Source: Candidatus Woesearchaeota archaeon
Lineage (GTDB): Archaea; Nanobdellota; Nanobdellia; Woesearchaeales; WAPY01
NCBI GenBank assembly: GCA_049700835.1
Contig: JBNAUL010000001.1
Span: 182,043 to 246,042 of the forward strand
DNA length: 64,000 nucleotides
Direction of reading: 5' to 3'
In this document: positions 47,771 to 57,051 of the stretch, piece after piece
How the letters are laid out: each line of letters opens with the position of its first letter
Position numbering within the stretch: position 1 is the first letter of the stretch
Program-made: the position numbers and the translations under genes
Notes under the pieces: model-generated
What the model was told of the DNA's origin: nothing
Seen by the model: only the letters and a program-made list of their open reading frames with translations
Databases searched by the model: none

Positions 47771-49621
47771 ATGAAAACAATGAAAACAAGAAAAAATGAA
47801 GAGGAAGTTGAATCGAATTCAAAGGAATTGCAAAAAGAGCAGAAAGATGGAGTGTTGAGAAGTCCTATATGCGTTGTGGTAGGGCATGTTGATCATGGAA
47901 AATCATCGTTATTGGATAAGATAAGGGGAACATTAATAGTTGAATCAGAACCAGGCAAGATAACTCAGGCAATAGGAGCTTCATTAATACCTCTGCCAAC
48001 AATACAAAAAATTTGCGCAGGATGCGTAAGGAACATAAAGATAGATTATAGGATTCCAGGATTGCTTTTTATTGACACTCCAGGGCATGCTGCTTTCAGA
48101 AGTTTAAGAAAGAGAGGAGGAAATCTGGCAGACATTGCAATCTTGGTTGTTGACATAAATGAAGGTTTTAAACCACAAACAGAAGAATCAATGGAAATAT
48201 TGAGAAGCTACAAAACCCCTTTTGTTGTGGCTGCAAACAAGATAGACCTAATTCCTGGATGGAAATCATGTCCTGAACTTACAATAGAAAATGACATAAG
48301 GGCGCAAACAGAGAATGTTCAAAAAGAGCTTGACATAAGAATTTACAAAATCGTTGAGAGTTTGTACAAGTTTGGTTTCAATTCTGAAAGGTTTGACAGA
48401 GTTGAGGACTACACAAAGCAAGTAGCAATAGTTCCTGTTTCTGCAAAAACAGGAGAGGGTTTGCCAGAATTGTTGATGATCCTAACAGGTTTAACGCAAA
48501 GGTTTATGGAAAATAGTCTCAAGACAAGAACATCTAATTTTGGAAAGGGAACTATACTTGAAGTCAAGGACGAGCAAGGACTTGGAAGGACAATAGATGT
48601 GATACTCTACGAAGGGCTTTTAAGGAAAAACCAAACAATAATAGTTGGAAGCTTAGACAAGCCTATAATTACAAAAATAAGGTGCTTGCTTAAACCTATG
48701 CCTTTATCAGAAATGCGCAATAAAAAAACAAGGTTCAAACAAGTAGATGTTGTTTATGCTTCAACAGGAGTTAAGATACTTGCTCCAAACCTTGAGAATG
48801 TTTTTTCAGGTATGCCTGTTGTAGGGATTAGCGAAGGCGCTAATGTTGAAAAGATTTCAAAGGAAATTCAAGCAGAGGTTGAGGAGGTCTTAATAAACAC
48901 TGAAAATGAAGGAGTGGTTGTTAAAGCAGATTCATTGGGAAGTTTAGAGGCAATGCTCTTTTTGCTTAGAGAAAACAACATTCCTGTAAGAAAGAGTTCT
49001 CTTGGCTATATAACAAAGAAGGACATTCTTACTGCTGAAACAAATAAAGAGGAATATAGAGTTGTTATCGGCTTTAATGTAAAACTTTCAAAAGAAGCAG
49101 AGGACTATTTGAGTTCGTGCCAAAATAGCATTAAGATAATTTCAGGCAATATAATTTATAAGATAGTTAATGAATACAAAGAATTTTTGGCAAACATTGA
49201 AAAGGAAAGGATAAACAAAGAATTGTCTTGCTTGACAAGGCCTTGCAGGATAAGAATAATGCCTCAGTATGTGTTTAGGCAGTCAAACCCTGCAATTGTC
49301 GGAGTTGATGTTGAAGCAGGAATTCTAAGAGCAGGAATAAATCTTATGAACAGTGAAGGTAAAGAGATAACGACCGTTAAGAGCATACAGCTTGAAAACA
49401 AGAGCATCAGCGAAGCGTCAAAGAAGCAGGTTGCAGTATCTCTTGAAAATGTAACATTCGGAAGGCAGATAAAGGGCAACGATGTTTTATACTCCTCAAT
49501 ACCTGAAAGTGATTTCAAAAGGTTGAAGGAACTCAAAAAGCATTTGAGCAGCGAAGAGATTGAAGTTTTAAAAGAGATAGCTTCAATAATGAGAAAACAA
49601 AACCCTGTTTGGGGAATTTAG
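47771..49621 (+). CDS. infB: Translation initiation factor aIF5B (IF-2 family GTPase)
   Basis: 616 aa. G1 VGHVDHGKSS, G3 DTPGH, G4 ANKID, and the four-domain IF2/eIF5B architecture. Confidence 0.85.
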   Translation: MKTMKTRKNEEEVESNSKELQKEQKDGVLRSPICVVVGHVDHGKSSLLDKIRGTLIVESEPGKITQAIGASLIPLPTIQKICAGCVRNIKIDYRIPGLLFIDTPGHAAFRSLRKRGGNLADIAILVVDINEGFKPQTEESMEILRSYKTPFVVAANKIDLIPGWKSCPELTIENDIRAQTENVQKELDIRIYKIVESLYKFGFNSERFDRVEDYTKQVAIVPVSAKTGEGLPELLMILTGLTQRFMENSLKTRTSNFGKGTILEVKDEQGLGRTIDVILYEGLLRKNQTIIVGSLDKPIITKIRCLLKPMPLSEMRNKKTRFKQVDVVYASTGVKILAPNLENVFSGMPVVGISEGANVEKISKEIQAEVEEVLINTENEGVVVKADSLGSLEAMLFLLRENNIPVRKSSLGYITKKDILTAETNKEEYRVVIGFNVKLSKEAEDYLSSCQNSIKIISGNIIYKIVNEYKEFLANIEKERINKELSCLTRPCRIRIMPQYVFRQSNPAIVGVDVEAGILRAGINLMNSEGKEITTVKSIQLENKSISEASKKQVAVSLENVTFGRQIKGNDVLYSSIPESDFKRLKELKKHLSSEEIEVLKEIASIMRKQNPVWGI

Positions 49622-49630
49622 TTTTTTAAA

Positions 49631-50122
49631 ATGGAGCAATTGAAAATTTTAAACAGAAAAGAAATCAAGAAAATTCTCAAGCTTCTTAGGGAAAGGTTCT
49701 GCTGTGATTTTGGCTTTGATTCGGATTTTGATTTTGGAATGCTAAAGAGCAGCAGTGGGAAACTTTACTTGGTAACAAAAGAAATCTCAAAACTCAACTT
49801 TAAAAAACTGAAAATTTCAAGAACAGGAATATATTTTGCAGATTATGAAGAAAAATTTAAAAACAACAAAATAAGATTGAGCATTGAAGGAGCGCAGTTG
49901 ATAGGAGCTTTGGCAAAGAAGAACATCCTTGAGATTGACGAATCAGGGCTGAGAAAATGGTTTTTTGGCGAGGATTTGATTGTTAAAAACGCTTCCAATG
50001 TGAGCGATGGCTTTGTAATTCTAAAATACAACAACGATTTTGTCGGATGCGGGCTCTTGAAGCAGGGAATACTTAAAAACTATGTTCCGAAAGAGAGAAG
50101 GGCAAAGGACCTGATATTGTGA
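49631..50122 (+). CDS. Putative PUA-domain RNA-binding protein (Nip7-like)
   Basis: 163 aa. C-terminal beta-rich segment (SDGFVILKYNNDFVGCGLLKQG) resembles a PUA domain. Immediately downstream of aIF5B. Assignment is tentative. Confidence 0.35.
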   Translation: MEQLKILNRKEIKKILKLLRERFCCDFGFDSDFDFGMLKSSSGKLYLVTKEISKLNFKKLKISRTGIYFADYEEKFKNNKIRLSIEGAQLIGALAKKNILEIDESGLRKWFFGEDLIVKNASNVSDGFVILKYNNDFVGCGLLKQGILKNYVPKERRAKDLIL

Positions 50123-50302
50123 CAAATAATAAACGAGATTGATTTCTACAAGAAAGTAGTGATAAAAGAAAGCTTTATAAAGGTTTTTTCATTTATAGTT
50201 GAAAGGCGAGTTTTGGAACAATCTTGGAACAAGCACTTACATGCAAGAATTATAAAAAGAGTTTTGTAATAGCATAAAAACATAAAAATTACGCTCTTTG
50301 GG

Positions 50303-51979
50303 TTGGGGGAATTTATGAGCACAAGCGATTTAGAGAAGGATTTAGAAAAAAAATTAGACAAAAAGTTAGAGAACTATCCTCCACTAAACACTCTTTTCTA
50401 TCTTGAAGAAAAGGAGTTTGGCAACACCAGAGCGTATTTTTTGAATTTTAAAAGAAAGGAATTTGATTCTTTGGAAGAGGTAGTTGAAGTTGTAAAACGC
50501 AGGGACAACAGGCTTTACGAGCAGAGTTATTTTGTGCCTTTAAAAAATAAGGGAGAGAAGAACCTTGAATTTGTCCTAAAAGAAGAATACAGGCAAGAAT
50601 TCAACGAAGAGAAAATAAATGAAGATATTGAAAACAGGAAGAGAAGGATAAAAGGAGGTTTTGCATTTTATGAATCATCTCTTGGATTGACAAACATACT
50701 GAAATTATTCTATGGCAATGAAAACTACATGTTAGTTAAACTTGGGATAGACCCTACAAAGGATTTGCACTTAGGGCATTTGAGCGTTTTATTGAAGGCA
50801 AGGGTTCTACAGGAAATGGGGGCTCCTGTAATAATAATTTTAGGGGATTACACAGCAACAGTAGGTGATCCTTCAGGAGGTCTAAAGAGAGAGGACAAGC
50901 CGATATTAGAAAAGGCAAGGGAAATATCAATTGATTATGTAAGAAAAATAACAAATATCCTTAATCCTGAAAAAACATTCTTTGTTTACAACAGCAATTT
51001 TCATTTGCCAGACAACAGAGTTTATGATTTGGTAAAGGTTGCAGAAAACTTCAGCGTTTCAAAAATTTTGGAAAAACCAATATTTTCAGGAGGCAACTTT
51101 CCGCTAAGCCAGTTGTTGTATCCTCTTGTGCAGGCATTGGATTCTGTGCTTACAGGAACACTTATAGAACTTGGGGGAACAGATCAAAGAGAAAATCTGC
51201 TCTTAACAAGAGAATTGCAGAGGGCTTACAATTTAGAAGATGAAGCCCTGATTTATGAAACGCTGATAATAGGAAAAGATGGAAACAAGATGAGCAAATT
51301 CTTGAACAACTACATTTCTTTGAACTCTCCAAAGGAGATCTACTCAGGAATCTTGAGCTTTCCTGACTTTATAGAAACAGACATTCTTAAAACAGAGATA
51401 GATGAATTGAAAGGCACTAAAAAAACAAGCAAAAAATTGGTTTTCTTTCCAGAATACATAAATCTATGCATCAGAAAAGAAGATTGCGATAAAAACAAGA
51501 GTCCAATCCTAAACGATTATTCAAGAAATTCTGAGGAATCAAAGCATTTTTCTGAAAAGATGCTCAAGATTTTCAATCCATTAGAATTGAAGATTAAAGC
51601 AGCTGAATACATATGCAGATTATTATTTGGGGAGCAAGGAGCAAAAGAAGGTTATGATTTCTACTTGAAAAACATTAAAAAACAAGGAATTCCAGAGGAA
51701 GCAATAGATGTAAAGATAAGCAAACTTTGGAATAAGAAATTAGCAGACATACTTAGCGAGTGCACAGGACTTTCAAAATCAGAGATAAGGAGGATGTCTG
51801 AGCAAAACGGAATAAAAATACTAAAAGATGAATATGGTGTAGGAAAAACTCCCTTAGAACCAAATTATCTAAATCAAAATATAGAAGATTTTTTTAAAAA
51901 TATAGAACAATACAAGATAAACAAGGAATACATTATGCTGTTTGTTGGTAAAAAACTTTTCATAAGAATAAGCGAGTAA
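50303..51979 (+). CDS. tyrS: Tyrosyl-tRNA synthetase-like class Ic enzyme with about 130-aa N-terminal extension and C-terminal S4-like domain
   Basis: 558 aa. HIGH motif (GIDPTKDLHLGHL), LGGTDQRENLLLTREL (compare TyrRS GGxDQ), KMSKS-like NKMSKF. The C-terminus has an S4-like LSKSEIRRMSEQNGIKI, as in bacterial-type TyrRS. Confidence 0.6.
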   Translation: MGEFMSTSDLEKDLEKKLDKKLENYPPLNTLFYLEEKEFGNTRAYFLNFKRKEFDSLEEVVEVVKRRDNRLYEQSYFVPLKNKGEKNLEFVLKEEYRQEFNEEKINEDIENRKRRIKGGFAFYESSLGLTNILKLFYGNENYMLVKLGIDPTKDLHLGHLSVLLKARVLQEMGAPVIIILGDYTATVGDPSGGLKREDKPILEKAREISIDYVRKITNILNPEKTFFVYNSNFHLPDNRVYDLVKVAENFSVSKILEKPIFSGGNFPLSQLLYPLVQALDSVLTGTLIELGGTDQRENLLLTRELQRAYNLEDEALIYETLIIGKDGNKMSKFLNNYISLNSPKEIYSGILSFPDFIETDILKTEIDELKGTKKTSKKLVFFPEYINLCIRKEDCDKNKSPILNDYSRNSEESKHFSEKMLKIFNPLELKIKAAEYICRLLFGEQGAKEGYDFYLKNIKKQGIPEEAIDVKISKLWNKKLADILSECTGLSKSEIRRMSEQNGIKILKDEYGVGKTPLEPNYLNQNIEDFFKNIEQYKINKEYIMLFVGKKLFIRISE

Positions 51980-51981
51980 AA

Positions 51982-52722
51982 ATGGAAGAGAAAAAATTAA
52001 ATGAAGATTTGAAGTTTTTAATGGAAAAGATAGGACTGAATTGCAAGTTTTGCGATGCACACTGCTGCAAAATTATAACCTCAAACTCCAAAAATTTAAA
52101 CATAATCTTGAACGAGCAGGACGAAGCATTCCTTTTAAAAAGAATGCTTGAAACAAATAAAGATTTAATAAAGTATGAGGCCTTTGATGCAAGAAAATAC
52201 GCTTCTAATGAGGGAAAATATGTTGTAAAAAAGATAGAACAGCATTTTGATGATTTAAGCGAATTCATAGGCTTGGAAAAAGACCATGTACTGAAATTGG
52301 AAAACGGCTTCTTGAAAATACCTGTAATGAATTTTAGGGAAATTAAGGAGGAAAAAAATAATGAATATTTGAGCATGAGCGCCTGCACAGCCCTAAACAC
52401 AAAGACTAACAGGTGCGAAATCCACGATGAAAATCCATTGTTCTGCAAATTGTTTCCTTATTATTTGGAACCAGTGATAAGAAAAGGGGCTTACAATTCG
52501 CGCTACTTTTCAGGATATTTTTCAATAAAGATAACTCCATGCAATGAAAGCATTGAAAATAAAATAAAAAATTTAGGAGATGCTGACAGAGCTTTGATAA
52601 AGAGAAAGATTCACGAGATTTTAAGGGAAAGAGAAAATTTTTTGGCAAGATTGACAGCTTTTTACGAGTTCAACACAGAGATTATAAGTAATTTTGAATC
52701 CTCAAACAGAATTTCCTTGTAA
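51982..52722 (+). CDS. YkgJ-family cysteine-cluster (putative Zn/Fe-chelating) protein
   Basis: 246 aa. N-terminal CKFCDAHCC cluster plus downstream Cys residues, as in UPF0153/YkgJ. Confidence 0.45.
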   Translation: MEEKKLNEDLKFLMEKIGLNCKFCDAHCCKIITSNSKNLNIILNEQDEAFLLKRMLETNKDLIKYEAFDARKYASNEGKYVVKKIEQHFDDLSEFIGLEKDHVLKLENGFLKIPVMNFREIKEEKNNEYLSMSACTALNTKTNRCEIHDENPLFCKLFPYYLEPVIRKGAYNSRYFSGYFSIKITPCNESIENKIKNLGDADRALIKRKIHEILRERENFLARLTAFYEFNTEIISNFESSNRISL

Positions 52723-52778
52723 TGATTTTAATAATGTAATAATGATGTAATAAAGATAAGGTGATAAAGGAGAGCAAT

Positions 52779-53273
52779 CTAAATCTTGAAATTCCAAATA
52801 GAATCTCCATAGCAGTGTATGTTCTTAGCAACAACTCCTGATTTAAGAGCAGAGATTTCTTCGGATTTGAAAAGTGATTGAGTAAATGCTATTGGTTTCA
52901 TGTTTTGCTCTTCAACCACAACAGCAATTTCATCTTTATTCAAATCAGGCGAATAGCTTAAAATTCCAGGACGCATTACATCTGCCCTGTTTATTATGTG
53001 GGCTATTGCTCCTCTATCAATAATGATCTTCTTCATTGAATTGAGGATGTTTTGGTTTTCAAGCAGGATATGCAAAGATGGCAAAATTCTTTCTTTGAAA
53101 TAAAAGAACCCTATTCTTTTATTAAGCACAATGACCTTACGGTTTTCGACAAGAGCACTATAAACTTCATTACCCTTTCTTAAAACAAAGCCGTACTGCG
53201 ACACTTCTTTTGAGAGTTCCCTCAATTCTTTGTTGCTCAATCTTTTAAGATTCATTTTGTAATTTTTTATCAT
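52779..53273 (-). CDS. PUA-domain RNA-binding protein (Tma20/MCT-1-like)
   Basis: 164 aa. C-terminal PUA-like IAVVVEEQNMKPIAFTQSL...GVVAKNIHCYGDSIW. Confidence 0.5.
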   Translation of the reverse strand: MIKNYKMNLKRLSNKELRELSKEVSQYGFVLRKGNEVYSALVENRKVIVLNKRIGFFYFKERILPSLHILLENQNILNSMKKIIIDRGAIAHIINRADVMRPGILSYSPDLNKDEIAVVVEEQNMKPIAFTQSLFKSEEISALKSGVVAKNIHCYGDSIWNFKI

Positions 53274-53285
53274 TCATTTGATTAT

Positions 53286-54296
53286 TCATCTTTTATATAG
53301 GAAAATTCCAAAACTTTCTGCGCCAAAATGAGTTCCAAGAACAAAATCAGAACAAAGGTATTCAGCATAAATGCCTTTCTCGCTTAGAATTTCCTCAACA
53401 TCTTTTAACTTATCTCTTGTGTTTTTTCCTGTATAGAGTAAAATGGCTCTGTTGTAAAATTCTTTTCTTTCACCCAATTCTTTTACCACTTCCTCCTTAA
53501 AAGCAATAAGAGATTTCTTTTCTCCCTTTATTATCTTTAGGAGATTTACCTTGCCTTCCTGCAGAGTTATTAGTGGAATTATTTTAAAAGTATTCATGAG
53601 GTTAGTTATCGGCTTTAGAACATCTCCTCTTCCGCCAATATCAATGTACCTCAAATCAAATATTAACCCTCTCATAAAAACTTCTTTATAATAATCATTA
53701 AATTCTTCTCTTGCTTCGTTATTTATAATTCTTTCCAAGTGATTGTAAGCGCAAAGCCCAACAATCTTGCTTACGCTCTTTGAGTCCAAAACAAAAACAT
53801 TCTTTCTTTCGCTTTCAGGAAGTTCGTTTAAGGAAAGCAATGCAGTACTATAAGTGCTGCTCAGTTTTGAAGAGATCGTTGAAATGACAACAGCATCATA
53901 ATTGCTTATTCCTTCAAGTGATTTTGTAAAATCAGAGATGTTTGGTTGCGATGTTTTAACCTTTCCAGGACCCAACGATTTCAATATCTCATAAAATTTT
54001 TCTCTTGGAGAAAAATTGTTGAAATTAGAATTATTAATGTTTATCCCCAAATCAGAGAGCAGTTTGTCTGTTTCTCCTTGACTGTTCAGAATTTCCTCAA
54101 GTTCTCTTTCACAAAAAGAAACCGTTTTATTTTTGCTAATTGACTCAAGAATCAATTTTAAATTAACATTCTCAACATCGATGTTATTGTCTTCTCTGCT
54201 TAAAATCTCTTCTGGAAATTCTCCCCCGCTCAAAATTATCTTGTACCTTTTATGGTTCTCTTTCTTTGGTAAGTTCATAAGGTGTATGCTTAGCAT
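53286..54296 (-). CDS. DegV-family (fatty-acid-binding, EDD-fold) protein with N-terminal extension
   Basis: 336 aa. KTSQPNISDF (TSQP motif) and ISSKLSSTY (S-G-L-S-G-T-Y-like) in the expected order. Confidence 0.5.
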   Translation of the reverse strand: MLSIHLMNLPKKENHKRYKIILSGGEFPEEILSREDNNIDVENVNLKLILESISKNKTVSFCERELEEILNSQGETDKLLSDLGININNSNFNNFSPREKFYEILKSLGPGKVKTSQPNISDFTKSLEGISNYDAVVISTISSKLSSTYSTALLSLNELPESERKNVFVLDSKSVSKIVGLCAYNHLERIINNEAREEFNDYYKEVFMRGLIFDLRYIDIGGRGDVLKPITNLMNTFKIIPLITLQEGKVNLLKIIKGEKKSLIAFKEEVVKELGERKEFYNRAILLYTGKNTRDKLKDVEEILSEKGIYAEYLCSDFVLGTHFGAESFGIFLYKR

Positions 54297-54361
54297 TTCT
54301 TATATAAATTTTTCCTTTGAAGTGAAAATTATTTGAAACAAAAATAGAAAACAAAGAAAAA

Positions 54362-55228
54362 TCATCTGAATATTATTGAAGCATAGCTAACGCTGTTTTT
54401 GTAATCTCCCATTATGTCTCCAGAAGTGTAATACTGAAGCAATTCTGCCTCATTCTTTTTTATTGAATTTATAAGGGTTGCTATCGGTATTGCACCGCAG
54501 ATGGTTGCTCCTGTTTCATACACATAGTTCAAAAATTCGTAATCATTGAATTTTCTTATGAAACTGATTGCTTTCTTGTCAAGTTGGTATATTCTCTTTT
54601 GAACATCTGTTGTGAACGGAAGGTAGCTGTAATTCCTTCCGTAGTGCGTGAAATCAGAACTTGCTATTATTGTAGCCCTTTTCTTGGTTTCAACAATTGT
54701 TTCCTTGAGGTCAAGAGCAAATTTTTTGTAATCAAAATCAGAACTTAAAACTATGGGCAAAATTTTCAATTCATTTATCCTGTCCTCGTTGATAAACTGC
54801 AAAAACGGCAGTTGAACTTCAATTGAGTGTTCTTCCAGATGAGGAAGCTCTGATTCAGCAATAGAACCCTTGCTTATCAATCCGTTTGCAAAACTCTTGT
54901 CACACCTCACAATACCAAGAGGAGTTTCAAAAGCATTTGTTGTCAGAGCAGAACCTCCAAGCCCTGTATGGTTTGGGCCAATTATTATGTAAAGGTCAGG
55001 CATTTCTGATTCAGCCAGTTCTTTGTAAGCCCATGCAGCGCAAGGGCCTGAATAGATGTAGCCTGCATGAGGAATTATTGCTCCTTGAACAAAACCGGTT
55101 CTCTTTTTTATAGGAAGAGCCCCAGGCCCTCTCTTTGATTCAAAGCATTCAACTATTTGGTTTCTAAGAGCTTTAGAGTCATCTTCATAAAAAAGTCCAG
55201 CAGCAACGCTTCTCCTTATATTTTGCAT
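54362..55228 (-). CDS. AmmeMemoRadiSam system protein B (MEMO1-family)
   Basis: 288 aa. AAGLFYEDD, IIPHAGYIYSGP, EHSIEVQLPFLQ, ASSDFTHYG motifs of the Memo family. Confidence 0.75.
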   Translation of the reverse strand: MQNIRRSVAAGLFYEDDSKALRNQIVECFESKRGPGALPIKKRTGFVQGAIIPHAGYIYSGPCAAWAYKELAESEMPDLYIIIGPNHTGLGGSALTTNAFETPLGIVRCDKSFANGLISKGSIAESELPHLEEHSIEVQLPFLQFINEDRINELKILPIVLSSDFDYKKFALDLKETIVETKKRATIIASSDFTHYGRNYSYLPFTTDVQKRIYQLDKKAISFIRKFNDYEFLNYVYETGATICGAIPIATLINSIKKNEAELLQYYTSGDIMGDYKNSVSYASIIFR

Positions 55229-55360
55229 AATAAAAATGGATTTATTTCTTATATAAAAAACTTTTCCAAACTAATGATTGAGTTTTTTGTTGTTATTTTA
55301 ATGTAACAGCAAAAGTTTTAATAAAAAACAGGGTTTTTAATTGGTATAGAGGGGGTATTA

Positions 55361-56113
55361 ATGAAGTTCGGGCTCTTCAAGAAGGAATCTAAAAAGGCAG
55401 AACAAAAGAAATCAGAAAAACCAGGGGAAACTCAGCTCAAAGACAAAAAAGAAGCAATTCTGCAGGAACAATTTCCAGCATTTCAGAAAGGATCATTGGA
55501 AACAATGAACATCGAATCTAAAAGCCCGTTTGAACAACACTTTGAACAAGATAATTTAGGAATTGCAAAAACTGAAAACAAAGTTCTAAATGAGATGCAG
55601 CAAAAACCTCAAACAATTTCAATAACACCTTCTTTAAATCAAGATATCCAAATAGGATTTGGAACTCAGGAACAACAATACAAGAGCCAAGAGAGCACAG
55701 CTCCTTTGTTCTCAGATACAATAATTCCACCGCCAAAAGTTTCAGATTTACCAAAGAATTCTAATGCAAATGAAAAGGAATTTGAATACAAGGATTACTC
55801 AAAAGATTACTTTAACATTCATAGGATAGAACCTATAATACTTAAACCTGACGAGGAATATGCTGAAACAAGCTTTATGAAAACTTCTGAAAGACAAAAA
55901 ACAAGAGAGCTCTTCCTGAACATAAATGACTATAAGGAAATTCTTCAGGAGATAAAAAACCTAAAATTAATAATAGAGAGCACGAACTATTATTTAGAAT
56001 ATGCAGAGGAACAGGATAAAAAAGAGGAAAAGATTCTAAACGAGTTGAGAGTGAGGTTAGAGGACATTGAAAGGAAAATACTCCTAATTGACAAGATTAT
56101 TTTTGAAAAGTGA
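55361..56113 (+). CDS. Hypothetical protein (Q/K-rich disordered N-terminus, helical C-terminus); first of three coupled genes
   Basis: 250 aa. Its stop overlaps the start of the next ORF (56110). Confidence 0.4.
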   Translation: MKFGLFKKESKKAEQKKSEKPGETQLKDKKEAILQEQFPAFQKGSLETMNIESKSPFEQHFEQDNLGIAKTENKVLNEMQQKPQTISITPSLNQDIQIGFGTQEQQYKSQESTAPLFSDTIIPPPKVSDLPKNSNANEKEFEYKDYSKDYFNIHRIEPIILKPDEEYAETSFMKTSERQKTRELFLNINDYKEILQEIKNLKLIIESTNYYLEYAEEQDKKEEKILNELRVRLEDIERKILLIDKIIFEK

Positions 56114-56340
56114 TTAAAATGGAAGATATTCCAATTTACAAGAAAGTTGAAAATTACAAGGAAGTGCTCGACATAATTGAACTCCTGAAGCACAAAATTG
56201 AGGAATTGAAAGAACTTGTATTGACTTTTGAAGAGCTTAAAACTAGAGAATCTGAAATCATAAGCGAGTTGAAGAGCGGAACACGAGAGATAAATCAAAG
56301 AATAGAAAAAATAGATTCTGAACTGCTAACTCCAAAATGA
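56110..56340 (+). CDS. Hypothetical small coiled-coil protein
   Basis: 76 aa heptad-rich. Start and stop overlap the flanking ORFs by 4 nt (ATGA-type coupling). Confidence 0.35.
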   Translation: MIKMEDIPIYKKVENYKEVLDIIELLKHKIEELKELVLTFEELKTRESEIISELKSGTREINQRIEKIDSELLTPK

Positions 56341-56813
56341 ACTCTGAATTTTTTGTCAGGATTGAAGAACCAAGAACTCTTAGGAAGGAACTCTTGGAAA
56401 CATCCAAAATTACTATAAATCTTCTTAAAAAACAAGAGAACATTAAAAAGATAAAGATTGAAAAGAGAGAAACAATAAGCAGAATAAGAAAAAAAAACTC
56501 TGAAATAAAGCTTCTCTTGGAAAGAATGGAAAAACTCATGCCTGAAATTTCTATGGAAAAGAAAATTGAGCCTGAATACAAAATTGCAGAGAGCAACATA
56601 GACGCTTCAAAGAAATTAGAATTAAGGGGAATGCAAAAAAACATTAGGCAATCAATTCAATCAATTCAATTAAATAGGTCAAGTGGATCAAGCGTATCAA
56701 ACAGACCAAGCAGATCAAGTTTGAGTATGGAAAGAGGAAATGCTTCTCTTGAAAAATTGAAGAGCTTGGAGAAGGAACTTAAAGAACTTGAGGAGAAGAT
56801 AAAGAACATCTAA
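56337..56813 (+). CDS. Hypothetical coiled-coil protein with Ser/Arg-rich linker
   Basis: 158 aa: helical N-terminal half, SSGSSVSNRPSRSS linker, C-terminal coiled coil. Confidence 0.4.
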   Translation: MNSEFFVRIEEPRTLRKELLETSKITINLLKKQENIKKIKIEKRETISRIRKKNSEIKLLLERMEKLMPEISMEKKIEPEYKIAESNIDASKKLELRGMQKNIRQSIQSIQLNRSSGSSVSNRPSRSSLSMERGNASLEKLKSLEKELKELEEKIKNI

Positions 56814-56918
56814 ATGAAATTTCTCAACAATTTTTTTGCAGAACATTCTTAAATCAAAAAAATTTTTAAATAGAGCAACAAAACTTTATTCAAAGAGAGC
56901 TTTTTATTGTTTTTCAAG

Positions 56919-57003
56919 CGCGGGGGTAGCAAAGTGGCCAAATGCAGCAGGCTCAAGACCTGCTCCCTTAGTGGGTTCGTGGGTTCGAATCCCTCCCCCC
57001 GCA
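56919..57003 (+). tRNA. tRNA-Leu (anticodon CAA), no intron
   Basis: Acceptor GCGGGGG/CCCCCGC with discriminator A. Anticodon stem GCAGG/CCTGC with loop CU-CAA-GA. Long variable arm. T-loop TTCGAAT. Confidence 0.8.
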
Positions 57004-57051
57004 TAAAACAAAACAACAAGATTTTTAAACCTTACAAAATTCTGAAGTTTT

